Below are positions 50,454 to 62,892 of a stretch of DNA of 64,000 bases, piece by piece. The stretch is from assembly GCF_009834535.1 (NCBI RefSeq), contig NC_045697.1, forward strand, positions 76,076,001 to 76,140,000. The letters run 5' to 3'. The DNA is from Camelus ferus (Eukaryota). Every line of letters starts with the position of its first letter. Within the stretch, counting starts at the first letter, position 1. A program made the translations under genes and the position numbers. The notes under the pieces were generated by a model, which was not told where the DNA came from, did not search any database, and saw nothing but the letters and a program-made list of their open reading frames with translations.

Positions 50454-50842
50454 AGTCAGATCAACCTCATGAAATCAAAGTTTATCATACAACCTTTATT
50501 TAGAATTTAAACTTTACAATGACTATAGCATTCTATGTAATCATGAGACATAAGTAATAAATGTAAAGCAATTAGGGGCTTCTCCATCTTTAGGTGCCCA
50601 CACTCTGGCATGTAGGATTGGAAGAGACTTCATAGACTCAGTTTCCTACTCTATAAACTCTCTTGACAACATCTATAAGAGATGGTTTCCTAGCACCTCC
50701 TCACCCCCACCACGAATGATCTCAGTGTTGGAGGTGTCATCATGTTGGAAAATAATCCCACTTTATTGTCAAGTATGTGAGAAAATCTTTCCTAAAATAG
50801 ACTGGTATTCGTCTTGCTATGATTTCTGTTCACCCATTGGTA

Positions 50843-51166
50843 CAGGCCCACAATCACTTATCTAAATCCCAAGGGTTATCTAAAACCCTTGGGACCATAT
50901 ATTTTATAACTTAATTTTTCAGATTTTAGAAAAGCAACATGGCATACATACTGTGTGTTATGTATTGCCCTCAGTGGGGACCAGGACAGTACTCTGTAAT
51001 CAAACATATTTTTGCAGTGAGGCATATGAATATTTACACTTAGTGTAATAATGCTTATAAATAACTTCACATTAATTAGGGTCAGATTTTGCCACCAAAT
51101 TTATTTAAAAAAAATACAATTTTCAGGTATTCTTCAATTCCAAATTTATAAAGGACTGTGGATCTG
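50843..51166. mobile_element. MER46C-like TcMar-Tigger MITE with TA target duplication
   Basis: Terminal inverted repeats ta|caggcccacaatcacttat ... ataaaggactgtggatctg|ta. Internal ttttcagattttagaaa, gtaatcaaaca and ggtcagattttgccaccaaat. Confidence 0.88.
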
Positions 51167-51569
51167 TATAATTTCGTCCTTTGCAATTACACAAGGTAAG
51201 TCTACTCCTTCCACACCAGCAGTCCTTAACTGTCTGAAGATAGCTATCACACACCTCCCTTTTACCCACGATGCCTCCTCCTCCATGTCATCATTCTAAA
51301 TTATCGACTGATAAATTAATCCAGTGCAGAAAGAGGACTAGGTAAAAGGTCAACTACTCATCCAAAGCAAACTTATTTCTTTATCTAAAGTTCAAACGTG
51401 CAGTAATGTAGGGCACAGGAGGAGCAGTCAAAGGAAGTGGCACTTAATCCTAGAAAAGAGAAGCCTTGTGAAGCCAACAGACAAGACAGTGATTCAGTTA
51501 ACACAAGACCACGGATGAAGGATTAAACTTTATCTCTGTGATTCCAAAGCACAGAAAAAAAGGGAACTA

Positions 51570-51780
51570 ATCTTTGTTGACCACTACTATGTGCCAGGCA
51601 CTGTGTTAGATGATTTACGTACATGACCTCCAATCCTTACAACTGTTCTATGAAGCAGGAGTTATCATCATTTTATATATGAGGATATTAACATCTTGAG
51701 AAGTTATCATTCCAGGTCGCACTGCAAGCCAAAGGTAAAACCAGGATTCTTATCTGATTCCAAAGTCTCAACAAGACTCT
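51570..51780 (-). mobile_element. MIR SINE
   Basis: actactatgtgccaggcactgtgttag ... atccttacaac ... aggtcgcactgc ... aaaccaggatt ... tctgattccaaagtc. Confidence 0.7.
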
Positions 51781-51789
51781 TCTAAAATA

Positions 51790-52390
51790 CCCAAAGGGTA
51801 CTGATGAATGGCTCAGTAAGTCTGTTCTTAGCCCTGCCTCTATGTATATCTTCATCAATGACTTTAAGGAGGATGAAGATGCCTGCCTTTCAAATTCCAA
51901 AAGGACAAGAAAATGGGAAGAATAAAAAACACTATTATTGGATCCAAAATGACCAAAAGTGGCTAAAAATGACTAAGTGACATTGAGAAGGGGGATTTAA
52001 TACGGATTAATACAAAACTACAAGTTGATATGTCCGTACACCAACATGTTGGAGGAAGACAGGAGTTTTAATTGCCCCAAATTAACTTTAAGCCTAGGTG
52101 TCAAGAAGTGATTAAGACTCTAAAACCTGTGGTTACATTAACAGAACTAGAATGAGGGACACCACAGACCAGCCCAGTGCTGCAGTGGTTAGACTCAATC
52201 TGAAGCACTGAGGAGTTCAAACCTCAAGCCTTTATTGAACCAAAACAAAGCATGAAACGAGGAGGGGAACCAGAACAGCAAAAGTTCTGAGAGTACAGAC
52301 TTGGAAGAACTAAGGATGTTTAGTCTGGAAAAAGAGTGAGAGGAAGGCAAATGACAGTAGTCTCAACACCATGTGAAGGAGTGATTCCAT
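51790..52390 (+). mobile_element. L3/CR1 LINE ORF2 relic (second copy)
   Basis: atcttcatcaatgac (IFIND), ggatccaaaatgacc (IQND), tggttagactcaatctg and gaagaactaaggatgtttagtctggaaaa (ELxMFSLEK) are CR1 ORF2 motifs in the expected order. Confidence 0.7.
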
Positions 52391-55199
52391 TTACTCTCAG
52401 TGATGGTCCTAAAACGCAGGTGCCTCTCCCAGCAGGGGTGGAAGATGGTGGGAGAATGAGAGGGGAAGGGGGGACTCTTGCAGAGGGCTGGGCTCACCTG
52501 GGAGAGGCACAATGCTGTGTCTACCAGCCAGAATGTTAGGTCAGCCCACCCCTAAGGCCCTCCCCATCCGCAGTGTCTGTGTTACAGGCATTAAGCAGGG
52601 GCCTTAGGCAGCAACGCCCCGGCTTTGTCTGTAGAGAACCTGTAACAGTGGGAATTGGGAGCCAGTAGGCCGGCTGAGTGACACTTCAATGGACTGCCAG
52701 CAGCGGAGAGATTTTTAGGCAAGCAGAGACTTGTAGGCCTCCCCAAGCCCTACAGTGCAGGTAATTATCCACTCCACATCCTTCAGGGGCTAACCCCACT
52801 CGAAGCCTGGAATTCCTTCTACCCTCCTCCCACTCACCCCATGGGCTGGCTCCCAGGAATCTCTTCTTTTTGGCTTCATCACTCCCCTCCACCCCCACCC
52901 AAAGATACATCAAAACAGTATGGGATTAAGTACATCCTTTTAAAATTCCTTAGGTTGACTTCTTCCTTACCCGTTCATACAGAAAGTAAATCACAAAATT
53001 ATCAAACAGGCCAATAGAACAAAACCTGGTCTCATTTTACTTGGAAGCAGGGCAACCACTCATAGGAAGCTGATGACATGGGGTGAAAAGACTTAAGTCC
53101 TTCAAAGGCTAAAATTCAGGTAGAAAAACAAAACAAAACATGGTGGGCAAGAGAAAAAAAAATTCTGAACTTAAATGCAAAATAATTTCCAGAAGATACT
53201 AAAACCTTTAAAATTATAAAGCATAGTTCATCTTTTCTAAGGTGCACAAGCAAACACTATGTGAGTTCTATGAAGAACTCTTACCTTTAAAATTTCCATG
53301 TTGGTTTAGCATTTTATAAAATTTTTATCTTTCTATCATTTCTGCTTTGTCCTTCTACGATACATATTCCCCCCAAACCTTCAATACTTGAGTTGCCTGA
53401 CTATTCAATGACCAAGCATTCTAAAATCGAAGCATTAATCTTTATAGCAATATGTGTGTGTGCTAAATTGCCAGTTCAAATACTTCTAATGAAATAATAT
53501 ACATCTCCTTAATTTCCTTTTTTAAAAAAAAAAAAACTTTAGATGCTTATGCTGCATAATAACATTCTGGGTTTGGAAAACGCATTCAAATCTCAAAAGC
53601 TCAGCAATACATAGGATCAAATCCCAGAAGTTTGCCTTTTAGGAGTTTTGTAACTGCAGAGCTAGAGGCAAGATTTACATGTATTATAAAACATGGTATT
53701 TGATTCTTAGTGTGCCTGAAGAGTCCAATTAAATCCTTTAGGCTCATGTGCCCTCCAACAAGACTTGTACTTTTCTTTCAAAAGCATAAATGTTTGTGAT
53801 TGTTTACCCTGCTATGCTTGTAAGATTCTAAAAGAATGTTCTAACTCCAAATAGCCAAGAGTACAAAATGGGAGACACCTGCCAATAATTTTTATGAAGT
53901 TACTAAATAGGTATGTAGTCACTGAAAATTAAAGAGCTACAATTAAGAGCTCTGAGTATTTCTTTAAAATTCTGAGAAGTTGATCAAAACATCATTTTGT
54001 ACACCTTTAATATTTACAATTTTTATTTATCAATTATACCTCAAATAAGTTTGAAAAAAATCTGAGAGGCTGTCTGGGCCTTTCTGCTCAGGATAAAGCT
54101 ATTTACTCAGACTAAGATTCTTTTGGCTTGTCAAAAATTCAGAGGTTTTATTTTAAATATTTTTAAATTGACTTTAATTAACTTTAATTAAGATATACTT
54201 TGGTGCCTCCTCCTAAATAATTACTCTTCAAACTGTACAAAATTTTGAAGTTAAAAGGAACAAAACTGTTAAATAAGTTATCTTCAACATTTGTTTACAA
54301 AAACAAAACATATCACCAAAGTTGGAGATGTCCTATTAAAACATAAGGTCCAAGTAATATTTTAAATATCATAAAGTTATCTTCACACTGTGATTTAGAT
54401 TTTCAACTTCTGAGCAGAGAAAGGTAAAGCAGCACTGATGACTTGTGGTGTGATGGTTAAGAGGCTGTGCGTGCTGGTGGGCAGGAGGAGCATGTGAGTG
54501 TAGGAAGGACAGATGTGAGTTACCGTGTTGCCCAGAGTCTGCTTTTATTCCAGAGGATTTATAATAATCCAGTAATCTGAATCTTGTTTGTCTCATCCAC
54601 CATATCCTGAATATCATAAATTCTAGGTCCTTAGCCCATTTTTTATTTGTAACTCAAAATATTTGACTGTCGCTCTCCTTCTTACCATCCCATGTGCTAG
54701 TGAATTACATGTGCACAGACTATAATAAAGACTTAATATTGTCCTGTGGAATATATCCAACTAACAAATAAAATATGCTAAAATATAACATGTATGTAAT
54801 TAAAATTCTTTTTCCTTTGAGAGAGATAAGCTGTTTCCTTTAGCATATTAAAAAGGGTACAAAGAACATGAATTATGGTTTTGTTTCCCTCAATTCCAAA
54901 TTAGAAAATCTAAGAGTTAAACAAATCATTAACCATATATTTTCTCCCATGATGATGCAGCCATTAGGATCACTGCAATAAATGCCTCTATTATTGCATC
55001 TTTAATAGAAATTCAGGCTTAGATGAGACATGCTGGACCTAACATCTCCCTCCACAGTCTGGGCTCTACTCTGGGAATGGGTCATGAAGAAACTCAAGTA
55101 TCAAAGACACATAAATACATCTTATAAATTAGTAACAGAATGCAAATATCATTTCAATTGAGGGCAGAACAGATGTGTTCTTTTCTAACAAGAACAGCT

Positions 55200-55405
55200 A
55201 ACATTAACACCTAAATGTCACCTATGCTTTGCATTTGCATTACCTTTACATAGAGCTCCCACATTGTTACTGCTATTACTCCCATTATACAGATAAGGAA
55301 ATGAAGGATTAAAATACTTAAGTAATTTGCTTAAGGTCCCATAGCCATTAAGTGGTGGAGCTGATTCAAGTATAGACAATCTGATTCATCAGCTTTAAAC
55401 ACTGC
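55200..55405 (-). mobile_element. MIR SINE
   Basis: attactcccattatacagataaggaaatgaagg ... ttaagtaatttgcttaaggtcccatagcc ... taagtggtggagctg. Confidence 0.8.
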
Positions 55406-58400
55406 ATTATATGTACATGTATATATGTATATACACACTCACAGGTGAATACACCCCAAAATTTATCTGGCATATACATTTCTGCAGAAAAGGGTCTTAG
55501 GGACAGTAATCTAGTTGGAAGAAGGGATTAGAGGTTCTGTCTTGAAGAATGTTTTTACTTAGCACAGGTGTTTATTTGGGGTGGTTAAGGATAATGCTGG
55601 AGATTACGGAGGCCAGCCCGCCCTCATCCCCCTGTCCCCCAACCCCTTGGAGCTGCTACTGCCTGTGTGGGAGTAAAAGATCTGAGCTCAGACTTCCGTG
55701 CTGGGATGTCAGGAATTCAAAGGTTCTTCCTCCTGGGCCAGGACAGAGCTAGCTAGGGTGTGGTAACTCTGCTGCATATATACCTTGCCCCGTTTTCCTC
55801 CTGCCTTCTTTCCTTCCTTGCATGTGAACATGAAGGCACTTATAATAACATCCGCTAAGTAGCCTGGAAGGATGACAAGATGGGATTAAGGATAGGAAAT
55901 GGAAGGGAGAACTGGAGTAGAAATGCAAGCTGAACCCTGCCTGAAGGAGAGTCAGAGGACAAAGGCCTAAACACAGCCTGCAGTTCTCGGCCACAGCTTA
56001 ATTACAAGAGACTAGACAGAATCTTCACCCCTCTTCTTCTCTCAGGGCCGACAGCACATTCTTGTAAGCTTCAGTGTTTATAATAAAGTGCATTTATTAA
56101 TACTTAAAAAATGTAACCCTCAGATGTGTGCAAACGGCTCTGCCATTTTCTGCTCATTAACTCTATACTAAGAAATAAAAGTTGCAACCCGCAGTGTGTG
56201 GTTGTTTTCCATTTGAGTTTATTTAATTTTCAAAACAGTGAGTCATCTGAACTATGCAAATGAAAGCTATGATGATTTTACTCAAATGATAAACTACAGT
56301 TTATATATAGAACACGTTTCTTTACATAGCAGGGCATCCAGTTCTATAACACCGACTATCTTTTTCTTCCTTAAAATCTGAAGACTGATTACCCGGCAAG
56401 GGGCAGCCCAGGCTCCACCGTGGTTAAGGAGATGCATGTGGGCCTGGCTCCTCAGACAGAAGCTCAGGGACACCACCCTATCAGTGAGGAAAACAGGGAA
56501 GCCAAGGGAAGGGTAAGAATGAGATCTGTGCTGCCATTGTATGTAATACCTTCAGGGAAGCTAATGAAGGAACTGTATCTTGGATAATTTCAGAAATGTT
56601 TACAGCTATAAAATTAGTGAGCAAATAGGTCACTATTCTATGAGAATATCTAAAAATATAAGCCTTTTTAAACTCTCATTTGAATTCATAATTATACATA
56701 CTGGCTCATATATCTAAATGCCGGCCAAAATGCTTCAGATAGATTGTTAAAGTTAATCTCCAAAAATATCTGACATTACCCACAAGAAACAGGAAAAACA
56801 CAGATTTTTTTTTAACCTCAAAAAGAATTCATGGGGGCTTTCCAGTTCTCCTTAGTAATTTGGCCTGAAAAAAGAACACACATTATAGAGATTTGCCCCT
56901 TACTTTTCATGTAAATCTACAGCTTTCAATAAACATTAAAAAAAAACCTCTCAATTTATATTCAAAATATCAAGGGATTATTGAAACCCCTAATTTGCTG
57001 TTGAAGTCTGTGGCAAGTTTTGTACCTTGAGTGAAATGCACTCTAATTCCTATGTGGTTATATTTAAAAGGGAGGAGCGGGTGGGAAAGCAACTTTATTA
57101 AAGCCAATGCTCCAGGCAGCCCTGGAGCAGACTGGATCCAGTTTGAAAAGAACTGGCAACCCTAAAACTTTTTGATAAGATAAAAATTCATTGATGTTGG
57201 CTCACACGAGGCCCACTTCAACTCTGCACTTGTCCTCTGAGTTTCCTTGGCGTATCTGCTCCTTTCCTCTATCTGCTTTAGCATAACTTTATTTTTCTCT
57301 TTTATCTTTCGATAACTGCACCCAGGGACCGGAGGGGATTGATTTTTTGTTTTGACTTATTGTTTGAAGATCTGTAACTCAAAGCAGCTCTCACGCCTCT
57401 GATGTCTAAGCTGGAGCGGCATAAAAGGTAAACCCGGGCCTGGGTAGCAAGCTGAACAGCAGCAATACCATTTTATAATCAGCCATCTAGGTTTTCATCT
57501 TATTTTGCCTTTTCCCCCCTTTAGCTGGGCTAGCTGGCAAAGTGTGAGGTTACTCCTACGCCTTTGTTAGGTGACAAGAGCAAGTTAAAATAAAAATAAA
57601 TGCCTCGACAGCTTTGCGTGCCAGGTCTCTGAGATGAAATATACTTCTACTTACAGCAAAAAGTTATTTCCTACCTAGAAAAAAGGCTTTTATTCACAGT
57701 GAAAGGAAACTTCAACGCATTTCAGAAGGTTGCTTTAGAAAAATAACATTTGAAAACAAGGGAAGATAGAACAACAGACAAAATCATTTTCCCAAAGTGC
57801 TTAAATTAAGATGAGAAAACATAATGCTTTTTTGAGGTAGATTAACAAATTTAAAATAAAAATGTTACTCTTGAATGAGCAAATGTTTAAAGACAGACTC
57901 ACATATATGAGGTTAGAAACTTAGTTGTTTTCAGAGTGTCAGCAAATGTAATAACCCCAGGTTCACTTTCTTTTGCTCTTCTAGTCTAATTCTCAAATCA
58001 CTAGGATGATTTTTGCCTTAATTCAGCTAGTATCACATTCACATGCTGGTATATATACATACAAATACCCACAAGAGTTTTTGAGGGTCTGTTCCCCGAA
58101 GTTGTTCGGCTTGCTGAAATACGGTTACATATGCAAACATTATCTCCCAATTGTAACCTCATTTTCTGCTCTGCTGGACAGCGTGACCAGCATTTGTCAC
58201 CGTGCCGCCCCCGCCCGCCGCATCATTCATATGTCTATAATTGTCATCGAGATGTGGCATGTCAGCAGGACTCCAGTGTTCTCTGCTCCCTGTCTCCACA
58301 CAGTCACTCAGGTAACAAACCCGTAATCTCGTCCTGTTTTCATGATGGTTGAATTACACATAATTGTTTCTGCACAGTGATTGATTTCTGCCTGAATAGA

Positions 58401-58466
58401 GACCTCTGCCTTTTTTCAATGCAAGCGAGTGGCAGCCAAGTCTCTCTACTAGGAGGAGGCAGCAGC

Positions 58467-58483
58467 CTTTGAAGAGATCAAAG
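58467..58483. promoter_or_regulatory. Candidate Wnt response element: inverted pair of TCF/LEF motifs
   Basis: CTTTGAAG (58467-58474) directly abuts AGATCAAAG (58475-58483). Both match the CTTTGWW consensus. Function is not shown by sequence alone. Confidence 0.45.
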
Positions 58484-61400
58484 CCAAGGCCGCAAGCAGT
58501 TGTGCGCCCTGGGAATATGGAAAGCCTTTATGCTCTCAACCCCATTTCCAGCATCATGTTGGATTGCAGCTGCATTACATTCTGCCAGCATTCTTAATGC
58601 TTTTAGTATTGACTCTGACATCACCGATAGCTGTTTTAAAGTAACAAAAGCCGAAAGATGACTTATTTTCACAACTCTGTAATTGGAACATGCAAAGATG
58701 GGGGTGGGGAATCAAGAATGAAGGGGAGGGAAGTACATTTGCTTTTAATTTAAAGCAGCACAAAAGAAAGCCCAGCCAAGAAGAAAAAATTATATAAGTT
58801 TCCACAAATGAAAAACATGTTTTTCATATGGAAAAACCAGCAGGGGCATTTTTATAACTCAGACCACACAAAATGAACTGATGGCTAAATACATGCTTTT
58901 TCAAGCCTAAAGGGTAAAATGAAATGATAGGGCAAGTGATTCCAATTGGGAGAGGGACTCTAACATGCACTGGGTCTGAAGACTTTGCAGACACCTGATG
59001 CAAGGTGAACCTGTGCAGCAGCTCAAGAACTGCCCCCTCCCCACTCCCCTTTCTATTAAGGAGAGCTGAAATTTGCATCTGCAGTAAATCACAGCTCATT
59101 TGGGAAACTGTACTTAATTCCTTATTAACAAGAGAGAAGAAAAAAAAAAAAAACCAGGAAAGTCAGGGGACGTTTACAATTCTGGCTCCAGATACACAGA
59201 CACACATCAGTCTGCCATGATTATACCTTGACGTTTGAATCAAAACCTCAAGGAACCAAATAGCAGAAAAACTCTTAAGGATACAATAACCAAAGTATAT
59301 TAACACCAGTATTCTACTCTTTCTTAAAATGACAAATAAGAGTGAAGAATTCCTCATTTTTTAAATTAAGGCATTTTGGTCACTATAAATAAGTCACTGT
59401 GTAAATAATCCACTACTACATTTAAAATCAACACAAAAAACAAGCAGGTCAACCATAAATCACTATACTCTGTCTCCAGGGTTACGCAGTGCTGTGCGGG
59501 TCCTGTAACTACCACTCCCTAGCTATCAGAAAACCCTCTCACATTCCGATTCCAATATTTCAGTTTCTGTTTTTGAAAATATCTGTCCCAACTTATATTT
59601 GTAGCTCTGTAGAGAAACTCCAAATGTGAAAACAGACAAGACTTTAGGATGGAGAGAGTGGGAAAGTAGAACTTTTTAAAAATTTACAAAAGTGAATAAT
59701 GCATCTCATTTATTAAAGCCCCCTTTCAAAAAGATTTAATATTGTGTATTTAGATATTAGTCAATGAACCATGAGTTTTTTACTCTTCCAAGTCTAAGAA
59801 GCTCTAAAACTTACTGACATCGAAGAATTGACTATGAAGTAACTGCCTCCTTTCATCCTATACAGAATCTCTTAGCTCTGAAACACCAAGTAATTGGTGA
59901 ACAAAAGCTGCCTTTGTCTGTTTGATAGGATTTTGAATCAACAGGCCTGGTTGTAGGTTCCCCGACTGTAAATTTTCTCTGAAAAATCTGTCTGAAACTG
60001 TGCTGAACTGGACAACTCTACCTCAGTTTACTGGGTTACAGTTTTGATGCTTGTTTTATTTGGAGTTCATTTTTTGTCTGTTTTGTTTGGGGAAAAGGGG
60101 TGCAAATGCACTCCGTGAATTTCAGTCTGTGCAATGCAACAGCAAAATTCAGCAAGAATATCTAAGTAATAGCATTTCAAAGGCTAGATATTTTTCTCTT
60201 GGAAAAGTGCTGTCTTTCCTTAATTTTACCATTTTCAGAAATTGCCAGAAATAAGTTCCAGTTATTTTTTCTGTGTTGCATTTCTAATAAGCTTATCATA
60301 TTTTCCGTACCCCAAGGCCCCAATCTAATTTCAGATTATCAGGCAAAAACCATTTCTTTCATGATTCTATCATTAGCCTTCTCCAGGAAAGCCAGCAAAA
60401 TAGCCACCGGAAGCATCCGTGGCCTCCCACTCGCACCTGAGAGCAGTCAGGACCAGCTGACTGGACCCAGGCCCCACTCACCACCAAGCGGCCCACTTTT
60501 CCTAGACTCCTTCCAGCCAGTCCAGTATTCTTCAAGGCTCTCTTCCAAGAAATCTGAATTTAGAATTTTAGTCACCTGAACACGACGTGAGGTGATACGA
60601 GCCCTTTGCTCAGCCACCCACCTTGAGTGTGACACCAGGCAGCTAAGCAGGGACACACTGAAAGCACACGGACCCTCAGGAGCCGTGGGCTCACACACCC
60701 CTGAGACTGCCCTCAGCAAAAATGGCCATCATTGCGAACTGAAGTGACAATGCTGTGATAATACACGGGGGACTCATTATACAGCAGAATCTACATGCTG
60801 GCCTGTTTACTTTACCCTTCAGGAAAGACTATAATCTCTCGGAGGACCTGGAGGGTTTGCACGCTGCTGACTGAAAGAACAGAACACATAAGCACCTCAG
60901 AGGTGGCAAGTTGGGGAGGCGAGGTGGGTGAGGGACGGGCACAGCCCACCGTCCAGATCCCTCCAGGGCAGGCACTGCAATCGCTTCACACAAACAAACA
61001 TTTATTCTCCAGACCTTCAAATAGTCAGAGTCCATGCTCTTCCTTGATAAACCATCCCCATGTTTATTAATCCCTCCCTCTGAAGTAATTCTTCCCACCT
61101 AAATTCTTTCAACAATTTAAGCCCATTTCCTTGGCATATTCCTTCAGTGAAGAACAAAGCTGGTCACAAGCTCGTTTTGAAGAAACAGTCTTGTTCTTAG
61201 GATTTTAAACTGCCCTCCTGCCTTCTCCAAGTCAAATGGCCAGCTCCTGATCGGGCGGGTCCTTCTGGGGACTAGCTGTGCCTTTGAGAGCCATGAGAGC
61301 ACGTCAAGATTTGGACGGTGCCCAATTTCCAATGTGCTCAGGAAAGACCGAGAACCGTTTCAGATAGCGGAGGGCTTTCTTTTCAAGCCGTTTCATCACT

Positions 61401-61844
61401 TGCACACACTGTACATTTTTGGTTTAAAATAGCCAACACCCCAGTGCAGACATCTAATCTAGGGGAAGGAAGGCAGCGGAATTCCCACACAGCTGCTGGA
61501 GGGCAGGGCCACAAGAAGGGCCAACAGGAGCTGCCACAAGGGCGGTGTGAAGCACAACCTCAAATGCTGGAACTGAGCTGGGCCACACCTGGGTCACACA
61601 CAGCCTCGGCCCACAGCCCAGCGGGCAGCAAAGCCAGGCGGTGCTGGGCCACAACTTACACAGCAAAGAACTTCCCTAACTGGCCAAAAAGGAGTATTTC
61701 TGTGCTGCAGAATCAGCTGGTCTCATAAAAAAAAAAAAAAAAAAAAAAAACCTTCACGGGAAACACACAGCAGCCAGACTGCCAGAAGTACCTTATTGGA
61801 ACAAACAGGGATTCAGCTTCTCTTTACTTTCCCTATCAACCCAG

Positions 61845-62240
61845 AGCAGTGGGTTACAACGTAGTACACAAAGAGTACATAGCATAACCCCCCAGGGGTG
61901 CAGGAAGAAAACATTATAATGTCAACATTTATTTTTACATTTAAAACTTTAAGCTTAACGAAGTATTTTAATATGCACATTGTCATTGGGCAAATGCCCC
62001 CTTTTGCTCTGCATATCGGATGGGCAAGAGTGCTGAGTGAATTAAAGTTAGTGCTAATAATGTAAGTACAGGTAAACTCAAGAAAACGGCAAAGCTGACA
62101 ATGACCTTATTTCTAATAACTCTGTGAGAGTCTGCGTTAGAGCTAAAATCTATGAGATGTGACATGAAGCTAAACAAAGTATTCAAGTATTCATTTTAAG
62201 TAAGAGTTTGCAGCTTCCATGAATGCCCATGAACAGTGCC
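61845..62240 (+). mobile_element. Possible old hAT-Charlie transposon 5' fragment
   Basis: Begins cagtgggttacaac ... ccccaggggtgcaggaagaaaa, which resembles Charlie-family left ends. Subfamily not assignable by eye. Confidence 0.35.
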
Positions 62241-62516
62241 CTAAGGGTATACTCTTGAGTTATTAGATAAATAAGTAATTCAAGTATATAGTTCATAAGT
62301 AATTACAGAATGGTCAATTTTTTTAACTGGCAGCATTCTGTGGTCAAAAATATTCTCACTACTGACTTGTATATCTGAAATATCAATTGACTTTAACTTT
62401 CCCTCCTCCCAAAATAGACTGAATCAACTTCTTTTCTCACTGTACAGATGTTCATACCTGCACCAGGGAAAGTACCTAACCTCTGGAAGGTGCGATTCAG
62501 CCATGAAGAGCCAGAG

Positions 62517-62892
62517 GAAAAAAGGAATGAAGTTGTGATACATGCTACAACATGGATGAACCTCGGAAATACTACGCTCAAAGACGCAATTCATGAAGGA
62601 CTACCTGTCATGATTCCATTCTTATTAAGTGTCCCAAACAGGGAAATCATTGAGACAAAAAATAGATTAGTGGTTACTCAGACCTAGGGTTGGGGGTGAG
62701 GGAGTCGGGGAGATGGGGTGGGGGTGACAGCTACTAGATATAGGCTTACTTTCTTAGGTGATGAGAATGTTCTAAAACCGACCGTCACGATAATCACAAA
62801 TCTGTGAATACAGTAAAAGCCATTCAACCATACCCTTTAAATGGGTGAACTGTATGGCACATGAATTATATCCAGATAAAGCTATGTAAAAA
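62517..62892 (+). mobile_element. Old LINE-1 (L1MB-like) 3' fragment
   Basis: aaaaggaatgaagttgtgatacatgctacaacatggatgaacct ... agattagtggtt ... ggtgatgagaatgttctaaaa ... tttaaatgggtgaactgtatgg ... ataaagct. Confidence 0.9.

Noticed and set aside
5700..55110. Scattered single ATCAAAG/CTTTGAT TCF motifs (near 5706, 5921, 9548, 9861, 24506, 24933, 38905, 55100)
   Set aside because: Isolated 7-mers at about the frequency expected in 64 kb of AT-rich DNA. Only the paired site at 58467 and the clustered one near 12702 were kept.
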